This document shows, piece by piece, positions 25,165-38,000 of a stretch of 64,000 nt of DNA. The translations under genes and the position numbers were made by a program. The stretch comes from Anaeramoeba ignava BMAN. Lineage: Eukaryota > Protista > Anaeramoebae. Location: positions 372,001 through 436,000 of the forward strand of contig JAPDFW010000063.1 in assembly GCA_028826165.1 (NCBI GenBank), given 5' to 3'. Within the stretch, counting starts at the first letter, position 1, and every line of letters begins with the position of its first letter. The notes under the pieces are model-generated. The model made no database searches. It was not told where the DNA came from and saw only the letters and a program-made list of their open reading frames with translations.

Positions 25165-27829
25165 TTATAAATTGTATTTTTTTATTCCTTCTTCAATTCT
25201 AAAAGCAATCATAGAATTTTCACTAATTCCAAAATAATCTAAATTCTCATCAAGTTCTTCCAAAATTTCAAGAGGAGTATCATCAGGAATATCATCAAAA
25301 TAAAAATAGGAAACTAAAGTTTTCAAAGCTTGTGTTGTCATTTCACTGTAATCATGAACTCGATTAGAATCATCTTTAACATTTATAAACATTCCCCGAT
25401 AAAGATGACTTGTAATCATCAAAATTTCAGGATGAACCTTAATTTCTTCATCAAAAGAAATAATAGTAAATTTCTTGCCAGAATCATTTGAATACAATCG
25501 AGAAAAATTTTCAATTACAGATTTCTTTCCAATAAGTTCTTGAACTTCAACATTTTTCATTCCAATTTTAGAGCCTAATTTATAAATCATTTCAATTTCT
25601 TCAAAATTAATATATCCTGAATAAATTAAACTTAGAAATGACAAAACTTCTTTGCATGAAAAATTCTTGAAACAATTTTGAAATATTGAAAAATCAAAAA
25701 TCTTTGTTCGCGATTGAATTATTAATGAATGAGCATAAATTGATCCATTTTTAGTTATAATTTCAACATCTGTATTTTCTTGCCGTTTTAAAAATTTATT
25801 CATTCTTTTAATAAACTCGGAATAACATCCAAGAAACTTTTTTGTTTGATTTGCGGCAAGATCGAATGGTGTTTTTCCCTTTAAAAAAATAAGGAAAAAA
25901 AAAATTTTTTTTCGAAATTACAAAAAGAAATGATTTTTGGGAATTTCAATAATGATTTTTACTTTCTATTTTTTGATATAAATATTTTTTATAAATTTGT
26001 TGATATAAATTTTTTTTGATAACTTTTTACATCCTTGAGAATAAATAAAATGTTATTTAATTTATAATTTATGTTTTTTATTTTCTTCTTAAAAATAAAA
26101 AAAATACTGTTTTTGCAAATAAATTAGCTCCTGATTTAAGTAAAAAATCTACTACTTCAGGTTGCATTTGATATTCAGCAGCATGATGAAGAGGAGTTAT
26201 TCCCTATTAAAAATGATTAAAAATCAAAAATTCGAATCAAAAATTTATTCCAATTTCAAATTTACCCACTTTTTAAATTTAAAATTTATAATTTATAATT
26301 TAAAATTTAAAATTTAAAATTAAATCAAATTAAGATTTACAGACTATTTTTTTAATAATTTAATGAGAAAATTAAAATGTTTTGTTTTTTTTTTTGAAAG
26401 AAAAGAAAATTTATAATTCAAACATTTGTTGAATTAATTTCAGCTCCAAATGCAAGTAACAATTGAATAGATTCAATATTAGCTTGAAATTTACAAGCAT
26501 CATGAAGAGGTGTATATTTCTAAATAAAATAAAATGAAAATAATTGATATAAATGAATTTTATCAAAATAAAAATTTTTGAATAATTTTTCATTTACCCA
26601 CTTAAATTTTCAATCAAAAAAAAATAGTTTTTTTGTTTTAGAAATGAATTATTTGGAAAAAAAGTAATAAATCAATGTAATTTTCGATGAATTACTCTCT
26701 AATAAATAAAAATAAAAAAATGAAAAAATGAAAAATAAAAAAATGTTGGGAAATATTTAATATTTTTACATTTTTTGCATTCACATCAGCACCATATTGA
26801 ATTAATAATTTAATAACATCTGTAATAAAATTATCCCAACAAGCATCATGAAGAGGTGTATTTTCCTTTTTTTTTTCAAACAAAAAGTAATTGAGGTATT
26901 ATTTAAATTTTTAACTCAAAGAAAATTTTACAATCTAAACAAAAATTAAATTAAATAAAAATGAAAAATTAAAAATGAAAAATTAAAAATGAAAAATTAA
27001 AAATGAAAAATTAAATTACATTCTATAACAAGAAATTAAATATTTAAATATAAATTAAATATAAATAATTAAATATAAATTATATATTTAGATTTAAATT
27101 ATATATTTAAATATTTATGAAATATTTACATTTCTTATATGAACACTCGCTCCATTTTGTAATAATAATTGTATAATTTTTGGTTGAAGTTTATATTTAC
27201 AAGCAATATGTAAAGGAGTATTAAGCTTTTATTTCAACAAAAAATTAATAAATGTTAAATAAGGAAAATTTTTAAAAAAAAAAATTACAAACTAAAAAAA
27301 CAAAAAGGAAAAATAAGGAAAAATTAAAAATTTAAACCAAAATTGTTTTTTACTTTCTAAAAAAAAAATTTTTAAATCAAAAAAATTTTTCAATTTTGAA
27401 AATTAATTTTTTTTTACATTTTGAGCATTAATTTCAGCTCCTAAAGAAATAATTAAAAGAATAATTTCTTCAGAAGTATTATAAGAACAAGCAATATGAA
27501 GTGGAGTGTTTAACTAAAAAAAATTAAAATTATTAAAAAATATTTAAAAAAAAAAATTTTTTTTTAGGGAAAATTAAATAGAAAAATTTACTTGCTTTTT
27601 TATTTATTATTTTAATTAATTTTATTTTAGAATTTGAAAAGAATAGTTTTTCTTTTGATTTTTTTTACTTGCTTTTGTTTTATTAATTTATTAAAATAAT
27701 TTTCATTTTTTTAAATTAATTTTAATTAATTAAAAATACATCTTTTAAATTCACGTTTTCTTTTGTTAAAATAGTTCGAATTGATTCAATTTGATTATTT
27801 TTAATTAAAAGTCGAATTTTATCAATCAT
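25165..27829 (-). CDS. Ankyrin-repeat + tandem BTB protein, ~439 aa, 19 exons including twelve 3-nt microexons
   Basis: Exons: 27829-27740; 96-nt ankyrin exons 27513-27418, 27225-27130, 26865-26770, 26519-26424 and 26203-26108 (each xxTPLHxA...); last exon 25878-25165 (GKTPFDLA + BTBs). Microexons: 27671-27669, 27594-27592, 27356-27354, 27291-27289, 27022-27020, 26934-26932, 26698-26696, 26600-26598, 26343-26341, 26268-26266, 26033-26031, 25965-25963. Confidence 0.85.
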
Positions 27830-28164
27830 TTTTATTTTTATTTTTATTTTTTAAAATTAAAATTAAAATAAAAAAAAAAGAAAAAAAATGAAATTTGAAA
27901 AAATGAAATTAAATTTTTTTGATTTTACTTCTCTTGAATTAGATTTTTTTTTTTAATTGATCTTGTGTTTTTTTTAATTGATCTTGTTTTTTTGTTGATT
28001 TGTTTTTAGAGATTTTTTGTTAAAATATTGTTGAAATGTTTTTGGAAATTATTTACAGATCCAAAAAAAAATTTTCAAAAAGAAAAAAAAAAATAATAAA
28101 AAAGATCAAATTTTTGGAAAGGGAAATTTATTCTCCAAAAAAGAAGAAAAAAGAAACAAGAAAA

Positions 28165-28470
28165 ATTTTAATTTTAATTTTGATTTTAATTTTAATTTTA
28201 ATTTTAATTTTAATTTTAATTTTAATTTTAATTTTAATTTTAATTTTGATTTTAATTTAAATTTTAATTTTGATTTTAATTTTAATTTTCATTTTAAATA
28301 TTGATTTTATTTTAAATATTGATTTTAATTTTAGTTTTAATTTTAATTTTAAATATTGATTTTGGTTTTAATTTTAATTTTAATTTTAATTTTAATTTTA
28401 ATTTTAATTTTAATTTTGATTTTGGTTTTAATTTTGATTTTGATTTTAATTTAAATTTTAATTTTGATTT
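28165..28470. repeat. (ATTTTA)n microsatellite overlapping the 3' end of RNF213-like copy 1
   Basis: Direct inspection. Confidence 0.9.
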
Positions 28471-31400
28471 TTGATTTTTGATTGTTTCATCAACAATATC
28501 TTTCAAAATATCTTTGTTTTCTTGATGATAATCTTCTGTTATAACTTCATAAAAATAATGGAAAAATGGGAATTCAGACTTATCAAATTGATCTTTCTGA
28601 ATTTTATGATAAGGTTGAATTTGGATTGATTCAAAAATTTGTTTCCAAAAATTTTCTTCTTCTTTGCTTGTTGTTAAAATTAACTTAAAATTATCATTAA
28701 CCATAATATAACTCAATAAAATTACAAAAATTGTTTCCAACTTCTTAATTAATTGAGAATAAAGATAAGAGTTAAAAGATTCAGAACTTTGTTGCATTCT
28801 TAATTTTTGTGTTATTAATTCTTGAATACCCCATTGATAAAAACTTATATTTTCTTTTTTTCCTTTTTCAAACATAAATTTAAGTTTTGGGAAAATTAAA
28901 TCTTTCAAAGTTTTCATTTTTTCTAAGAATGGTTTTGTGTCTTTGATTTTTTCAGGATTGATAAATTGAAGAATAGAAGAATTAAAAATTGGTTCAAATA
29001 ATTTTTCCTAATTTTTATCCAAAATATTTTCAAGAAAATTTAAATCTGAATCTTTTGATTCTGAAATGATTGTAAATTTGATTTCAGATTGTAAAATATC
29101 ATCAATATAAAAATATTCCCAATTTTTTTCAAATGCAAAATGGAATTGAGTTTTGGATTGTTGAATTGATGGAAGATGAACAATGAAAATTATCTTGCAC
29201 TTAATTCCTTCATCTTTCCTACTTTTATATTCATCTTTTTTAATTAAATTTTCAATCATATATTTTGATTGATGGAATATTATTTCAGGAAAAATTGATG
29301 TTGGAGTGAAACGAATTATCAAAACAAAATTTTCATCATCTTTATAAGGATTTTTCTTAATTATTGGTTCTATTCCAAGTTTTTTTTTAACTTCTTTTTC
29401 AAATTGTGTATCATTTTCAATTTTCAAAAGTTCAATTTCTTCAAATTTAAAATTTTGAATTTGTTCAGATTTGATTTCTTGAGAAATTGATGAAGAAGTA
29501 AGAACAACTGAACATTGAATTTGTTTTGGAATTAATGTTTTTTGGATTAAATCATTCAAGTTATGGTGATATAAACCTGAATATCTTTGCCAAATATGTT
29601 TCAAATATGAAATTTCTTTGATATTTTTGTTTGTATCTTTTTTGATTGTTTTTAAATAAATCGAAAGAATTGATTCGTAATTGCAAATTCTCATCCACAT
29701 ATTTACTCCTTCAACTCTTAAATAATCTTCTTTTTCTTTTGGTTCTTTTCCAAAAAGTATTTGTTGAAGTTTTGTTGCTAAAGAAGGTAGTAAATCAGGA
29801 TGATATGAAACTAATAATTTCTCTTCTGTAATATCTGCAAATTTACAAATGTTTTGGATAATTTCTTTTTGTTTCTGATAAAATTGAATAAATTCATTTT
29901 TGATTATAAATTCTTCTGATATAAGTAAATATTTTTCAAATCTATTCAAAATTGCTGGTGATTCAATATTATAAGCTCTTGATTTATCAGAAATTACTAT
30001 TAATCTAAATCTAGGATCAATTCTGATTTTGGAAACGATATTTCCAAATGAAATTTTTGCATAAATATCATATCCTTCTTTTGAATAATTTTGATTTAAT
30101 AAATCATATAAAGGTTCATATAATTGTTCATTCTTAAATAAGATTACTATTTCTCCATTATGAATTGAATCTTCAATTAATTGTAAATTACGAATAATTC
30201 GAGATTGCTTTTTGTTTTCAGCAAAATCTGATCCAAAAAATAATTTGTAATCTGTTTTAGTACTTAATTGTTCAATTTCTTTTAGAATAAATGATAAATT
30301 GCATATTTTATCAGTCAAAATCATCATATTTCGAGAATAATTTGGAGTATCATTTGTATCTTCAAAACCAAATTCTTGAAAAATTCTTCTGTTTATATTT
30401 TGGTAAATTAGTTCTCGTGTTGTGATTTTTATATCAGTAATCAAAAGAACTTTCTTTGGAAATTTGGGAATTAATTTTTCAATAAAATCAGGTTTTGAAC
30501 TGAAATTTCTTAATAAAGCATTTAAAATTAATCCAGGATTATTGTATGAAATTCCATGTTTAATATTGCAATATCCAATCATTTTTAAGAAATAATAAAA
30601 ATCTCTCAATCCAAAATAAGGTCTTGATTTACTTTTTGGATCTTTTTCTTGTTCTTTCACAATTTTTTCGTAAATTTTGGTAAGATAATTTGCAAATATT
30701 TTAGGAATCATTGAATTCATTCCAACTGTTTTTGTGCATAAAATTTGTTGAGCTGTTGTGCCTAATTGTGCTATAGATTCTCTTCTAAGAAGAATTCCTC
30801 GGTTTGTATTACTTGGATCTAAAACCCAATCAGAAATTGCAACAACTGAAACTCCTCCATTTTCTTTAATTATATCTTGAATTTTTTTGTTATCTTGATT
30901 AATTCTTGAAATTTCTTTTTCTGATTCTTCAAGTTGAGAATGAAGTGCTTTTAATGGCAAATCTGGACTTAATTCTGCAAGTGCAACTTCATCAAGAATA
31001 ACAACTCCTAAATCCATTTTTCCTTTGTTTTTGATTTTGCAATTTTAAAAATATTTTCAATTCCTTGAGTTGTTGTTATTGGTGAACATTGAAGGAAAGA
31101 TTCTCTAAGTGTTCTAAGTTCAAGTTTTTTTGCAAAGTTATTTATTTCATGAGGAGGTTTCAAAGATTCCATTATAACTTCAACAGAAATTAATTTTGAT
31201 GTTCCTTTTTTTGATTATAATAATAAATTGAATAAAAATTAAATTAATATTATTTATAAAATTTATAAAAGAAAAAATATGTTATTTTACCTGGTTTTCC
31301 AATAATAAATAATGGAATTTGTGCATAAACACAAACAAAAATCAATAAACAATTCTCTTTTAAATATAAGTTTTTTGCAATTATTTTTTTTGAAAAATCA

Positions 31401-34400
31401 TAATCTAATGATTCAATTAATTTTTCTTGTGAATTGTCAATTACGTTTTTGCAGTTTCCAAATAAATTATCATTTCTTTCAAAAATTGTTTCAAAATATT
31501 TATCTTTGTTTGTTGTTTGTCGACTTGCATAACAAACGAATAAAGATAAGTAAATTGCTTTCTGAAAAAGTTCTTCTTCTTCTTCTTGTTCATTTTCTGA
31601 TAATAAAAATCTTCCAGCTTTAGATTCAACAAGCCATTGAAATACTCGAAGTGTTCTTGAAACATCTCGAAGTGAAATTAAAGCTGCTAAATTCCTTTTG
31701 AAATCATCATTTGTTTGATTTGAATCTCCATCTTTACGAATATAACTATGAGATTTGGAAATATATTCTTTGAATGTTGATCTAATTGGTTGATATTCTC
31801 TGAATTTTTTATCGTTGTTGTTTAAAATTGAGTAAAAAGTATTATCAACCATTTTGAGAATGTATACTTGTTCTTGTGTTGATTTTAATGATTCAAAACT
31901 AAGAACACTATTTTCTAATGAATTTGGAATTTTATGAACTGGATAAACAGCATTTCTAATTTCTTCTTGTTCTTTATTCTTTTTATCTCCATAATCAAAA
32001 AGTAATCCACAAACCTCTTCTTCTTTATTTTGATTTTCTTTATTTTGATCTTTATTATTTTGGTTTTCATTATTTTGATTTTCAGAAATTGCTTTGGATT
32101 TTCTTTCTCTATATGGATTAATTGCTGCAATAAATTTAATGTTTGATGGTATTTTTTTGCCTTCAAATAATCGATCAATAAACAAATATTTGAAAATGGG
32201 AATACAATATTTAGGTGCAGTATTCAATTCATCAAAAAATAAAATGACTTGATTTTGTTTTCCAATTTTTTGAGATTTTTCAAGTAATTTCTTAATTTTT
32301 TCTTTTGTTGTTCCTCCATTTACATTAAATGTAATGAAATGATTTGTTTCTTTTTCTTTTTCATTTAATTCTTCTTCTGAGTTGAATTTACTAAATTGAT
32401 AATTTAAAATATCTCGAAATAAATATTCAATTAATGCAGTTTTTCCACATCCAGTTTCTCCACTTATAATTAATGAAAATTCAGTAAACATTCTAAATTG
32501 AATGAACATCATTTTGGAAAGATTATCAAATGTAAGAACATATTTTCCTTTTCTTGTATCATTTTCATTATTTTCTTTGTTATTATTATTATCATTTTCA
32601 TCATCACTACTCTCGTTATCACTATTCTCATTTTCTTGAGGCTTATTTGAAGTTAGAAAACTAAAAAAATCCAACATTTTTTTATATTCAGTTTTGAGAT
32701 CATTTACATTATTTGAAATTGAATCTCCCAAATTAAAATTAGGATCTGAAATTGATTGAAAATGTAAATTTCTTTCAAATTCAAGTAAATTCGATTTATC
32801 AAAATTATCTTTAATAAATAATCCAACTTCTTTCATTGAACCAGAAATATTTGGATTATAAATTGAAATTGGATTCCCATTTTGAAATTCTAAATTAAGA
32901 ATAAATGAATAAAATTTATCAAAAACACCTTCTTTTGTTGAAAAAAAGGAAATTAGATTTAATCTAGCAACAGAAAACATCCAACATCTAATAATTTCTT
33001 GTCTTCTTATAAACGATATTTGTTGTGAATCATCTTCATCATCTTCATCATCTTCATCATCTTCATCATCAGAAATTTCCCAATTAAGAATTAAATTGAT
33101 AAATTTTTTTAATGAATTCCAAAATTGATAAAATAATCTAAAAGATTTATGGAAATTGTGATTAGGATTTAATTGATTTGAAATGGTTTGTATGATGTAT
33201 TGAGATTTATTGAAAAATGAGTTTGGATCAGGATTTTGTGTTGATAATTTTTGTTTCCAATTATCCAAATTTTGGAAATTATTGAATAAAGTGTTATTTT
33301 GAGTTTCAATAAGAAGATTTGCAACTTTTTTCAAATCATTATCATCAATTTCTTGAATTTTTTTTTGATCTTCATCAACTTCATACATTTTGAATTTAAT
33401 TTCATTTACAGAACATGAACATTCTTGTGGTTGAAATTTTTGAAGTGGATAAAAATATTTCCAAATATTATTTTGACTTGGAATTTCAAAAAAAAGTTTT
33501 GCATTTGGAGGTAAAGTCCAACAAATATTATAAGGATCTTTTGCTTGTCTATCTTCAATAGAACCCCACATTGATAATTGCCAAAGAGAATCTGTCATTT
33601 GTAATGAACATTCAGTTGGAAATTCAATATGAATAAATAATTCTTCATTTTCATTTTTCTTTTCTATTGGGATTTTATTCAATTCAACAATCAATTCTTG
33701 TATTTCTCCTGTTGTAAGTTGAATAAGATAATATTTATAATCAATTTTATCATTTTGAGAATTACAAAATTTTCTAATTTGATAACTTTTTCCATCTCCT
33801 TCATTTTGTGAATAAAAAACCTTAAAATTCTTAAAAAATGTTGATTTTTTAATAATTTCATTGAGAATTAAATCATTTTCTAAATTAATAATCAATTTTC
33901 CTTCTTGTAATTGACTCATTAAAAATGCATTTTGTTCTCCTTCCAAAACAAAAATAGTTAATGGGAAATGTGTTATGAAATTAATTGATCTTATTTGAGA
34001 AATAACTTCACTTTGGCATTTTTGGGATAATAATGTTGCATTTATAATAGAAAAAATAACCTTTTCTTCTTCTTCTTGTTTTTGTTTTTTAAAATTAGAA
34101 TATTGTTCGTTATAATACTTATAAATTGAGAAAAAATTCTTCACATCTCCCACAATTGTATTTGAATCACAAAAAAGAATTTGTCCTCTTTGTGGCAAAT
34201 AATTTGAATATAAATAATAAATCATGGTAACTTCATTGTGAATAAATGAATCTGTTTTCACTTCTTTAATAAATATTTTTGGATTTGATATGTTTCCATC
34301 CCTTTTGTTAATTTGTTTGATAAGTTCATTGCTCAATTTTGTTATAGATTTTATTTTGATTTTTTTTAAAGAATTTTTAATTATTGGCCAAGTAAAATTA

Positions 34401-37400
34401 TTTTTGATTAAATAGAAAAATCCTGTAGAATAATTTATCCAATTATCGGTTTGATTGTGAATAATATTGTTTAAAATTTCTTGTGAAACAGATCTTCCTT
34501 TTCCAAAAATTAATTTTAAGATTGGATAAATCACTTTATTTTTTTCTTGAATATTTAATAAAGGAGTTGAAACTAAAAGTAATTGATTTGTTGATAAAAT
34601 TCCTGATAATTTCTCTTTTGAAATATTTTTGCTATCTTCTTCCCAATTTTTTAAAGTTTGTTTAATATTTTTTTCCAATTCTTCCATTTTTTCTGAATAA
34701 CTATCATCATCTTCATTGATTTCAATTTCTTTGTTAATTCCTGGAATTTGTTTATAATACTTTATTGGAATAAACTTTTTTAAATATGTATTAATTGATT
34801 GAATTGTTTCAAAAAGAAGTTCAAATTGTCTTAGTAATGGAGATTCTTTATATTTAGTTGGATACTCATCAAATTGATTATAATTTTGACTTTTATTCTT
34901 TTTGTTTAAAGCAACTCTCCACATACTTATGAAATCTTCAAAATTAAGTATTTCTTTTTCTTCATTAATTTGGCATTGAAAAATTGGTTCTTCAAGTCTA
35001 AAAATAATTTTGGATCCGTTTTTGAAAATTTTTTCAATTTTATCGCTTAAAATATCTGATAATTCTTTAATATTTTGTTCTTTGAATAAAGGGAAGTTTT
35101 TGACTAATAATTTGAAATTAGTTTTTTTTATCTTTTCCTCCATTTCTTTTTGAATTTTTGAGAGTTGTTTTGTTATTGAATCAAAATCTTGGAATTTTTT
35201 TGTAAAGAAAGGATTGAAAATATCAATAAAATTAATTAGGTATTTCTTTGTTTGATTTAAATCATCATCATTAATTATATCTTGATTTTGAATTTCTTTT
35301 TTTAAATTATCAATAGTTTTTTCTTTTAATTCTTCTTTTATCCATTTAATTATTGTTTGATCTTTTTCATCTTGATTAGGGAATAAATCATTTATCAAAT
35401 CGAGTATTTGGATATTAACTTTCAAAGTTTTTTCAATTTTTTTTTTTAATTTTGTAATTTCAGAAAGTTTATTTTGTTTCCAATTTTGTTGCCAATTTTT
35501 AATATTTGATAATTCTTCATCATTTTTGTTTTGAATAAAAATTTCACAAAATTTAATTAAAGGATTAATTCTATTGATTATTTTCCTAAATTCAAAAAAT
35601 TGCTGGATTCTGTTTTTTGTTTTTTTTGTTATGAATTTTTTTTGTTCAGATTGATTTTGTTCGTTATATTTTTTAAAATTTTTGTAATCTTTATCAAGAT
35701 ATTCTTCTTTTGCTATTGGTAATTCAGTATTTATATATTCTAAATTTGGATCTTTGTTTAAATACCTTATCAATTTTTCCCATTCACTTTTTACTTTACT
35801 TAAAATTTGATCAATACTTAAATCTTCATTTCCTTTAGATTCAATATTTTTTGTTAATTTTTCTTGATATAAAAAACTTATAGAATATAAAATAATGTTA
35901 AACCAAGTATCTTTTTCTTTCTTTACTGTTGTAATGAATTTTTGGAATTGATCGATTGTAATTTCCATTTTGTCAATTTTTTCCCAATTTTGGAATTTTT
36001 CTTTAAGTTTCTTTTCATTAAATTTGAGTAATAAATCTTTAATTGGAGAAAATTCTTTAATAAGTTTTGAGTATTTTTTTTTGTTTTTTTGAGTGTTTTT
36101 TTTCAAATTCTCTTGGGATAAAGAGAATAATTCTTTTCAAATTTTTTTCATTATCTTGGAAATTCTTTAAATAATTCATTGTAGCTTGTTTTGGATTTGG
36201 TAATTTGATAAAATATTTGTAGATTTCTTTTTGATATTTTTCCAATCTTTCTTTAAAATCATGAACCAAATTAATTTCATTTGAATTTAAATTTTTTTCA
36301 TATAATAAATTGTTTTTAGGATTTGAATTATTGAATTGCAAGAACAAGATCATTATATTCAATCCATCTTTTTGATAAACCTTCTTTATTTTGGATAATT
36401 TCATCAAAAGAACTTTCTAATTTTTTTCTTTCATTCAACAAATATTCGCTCCAACTTTCTAATTGGATTTTTATTGGAAGAAATCTTAAAAATTGTTTTT
36501 TTGAAACATTTTTGAAATCATTTTCTAAATCCATCAAATAGAATCCTTTTTGCTTTTTCATCTAATACATCACAAATATGAAATCTTGTTTGATTGTCTT
36601 TGATTTGTTTATTGCTGTATTCATAATAACTTTTATCTTGGAAAATTATAACTAAATCAGATAATTTTTCAATATAACTTCTTTTTTCATTTTTCAAACA
36701 GGGTTGATTAAAAAGAGAATGATCAACAATCTCAGGAAATATTCTTGATATTTTCCTAATAGAACTTCTTAGACTTTTCTTTTTCTTTTTCTTAGAATCA
36801 TTTTCGTTTTCCTTATATGTTTCTTTTGTTTCTGAACTTGCTATAAAATAATAAAAATTCATCCAAAATTGAAAACATTCCAATAAATTAGGGAAAATTG
36901 TATTTTTCAAATTATCCTGGAAACTTGGAATTAAAAATAGATTTATCATCAATTCTTTTTTTTAGAATTGCGTTAATAAAATTGAACCAATTTATGTTTT
37001 TGAACTTTAATGATTTGCCGAAAATATTGATTAAAACTTTTTTTGAAAGTTCAGAAAGTTTAAAGTGGTAATTTGCATAAAAAGAAAAGAGAATTTCAAG
37101 GTCTTTTTGTTGAATATTTTTGGATTTGTGAATTCATTTTTGAAAGTAATGAAAAGAGGAAGAAAAATGATTTTTTTTGATTCTTCGTAATTTTGGTTTG
37201 AATTCAGAAAGAAAATTAGTGAGAATATTAAAAACATCAGGATTTTCTTTTGTTTGATAAAATTCGATGATTTGTTTATTGCATTCAATTAAATCATCTT
37301 TTTTACTTTCGTTGAAAATTTTATTCAGAATTGATTTACTGTATCTTAATCCAAGAACAAAAAGAATTTTTGCAATATTTTCTGGTTTTGATTTGAAAGT

Positions 37401-37814
37401 AACTTTTGAAGTTTGTTTTGTTTGAAATCCTTTTTTTGAGAATTGATTAAGAAATTCAAAGAAAAATTGCCAATGCTTTTCTTTCAATATTTTTTTTTCA
37501 CTTGGAGTTGAATAATCAATAACTGCATCAATAACTCTTGTTCCATATTTTTTTGAATCTTTTTCATCGAAATCAAAAATAATCTTTGATTCTTTAATGT
37601 CAATTTTTTTGAATTCTTTTTCTTTCTCTTTTTCTTTTTCTTTTTCTATATCAAATGTGTAATTAAGTTCTTTTTCTAAAAAATAAATGGTATAAAAGTG
37701 AACATCATTTGATTCAAAAATTTGTTCAATTTCTTTTGTTTCTTGATTTGAATCTTTGTATTTAAGTTTTGGTTTTCCTTTTTTAACTGTAATTAATGTA
37801 ACTATTGTTTGCAT
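28312..37814 (-). CDS. RNF213/mysterin-like dynein-type AAA+ protein, copy 1 (intact Walker motifs, no C-terminal E3 module seen; several frameshifts and one in-frame TAG, possibly a pseudogene)
   Basis: Motifs GDGKSY, YVLTFDNLSKM, ISGETGCGKT, LFFDELN, AAINPYR, ISLRDVSR, LKENC..IPLFIIGKPG|TSK (intron 31205-31290), VILDEVALAELSPDLPLKALH, FGLRDFY, FGSDF, LYDLLNQNY and ILNRFEK, in RNF213 order. Confidence 0.8.
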
Positions 37815-38000
37815 TTGAATTTTTTTGTTTTAAAAATTTAAAAATGAATAAAAAAAAGGAAAAAAAAATTTTGTTTTTAATTAATTTTTAAAAAAAATAA
37901 GTAAAAAAAGTGGAATTTGCTTTTTGTTTATAAATTTAATTTGGAAATTATTTTTATTATTAAGTCTTATTAAATTTATTTTTATTCTTTTATTCTGATT

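Noticed and set aside
25879-27420. TTCCTTA-like motifs in ankyrin-gene introns as U12 branch points
   Set aside because: The donors are GTAA/GTAT/GTTT types rather than RTATCCTT, and the motifs lack the RAC ending; these are U2-type introns.
29008-29010. Stop-codon reassignment
   Set aside because: Only one in-frame TAG was seen. Conserved genes (UBC12, GCN5, GPR107) have no internal stops and end in TAA or TGA.
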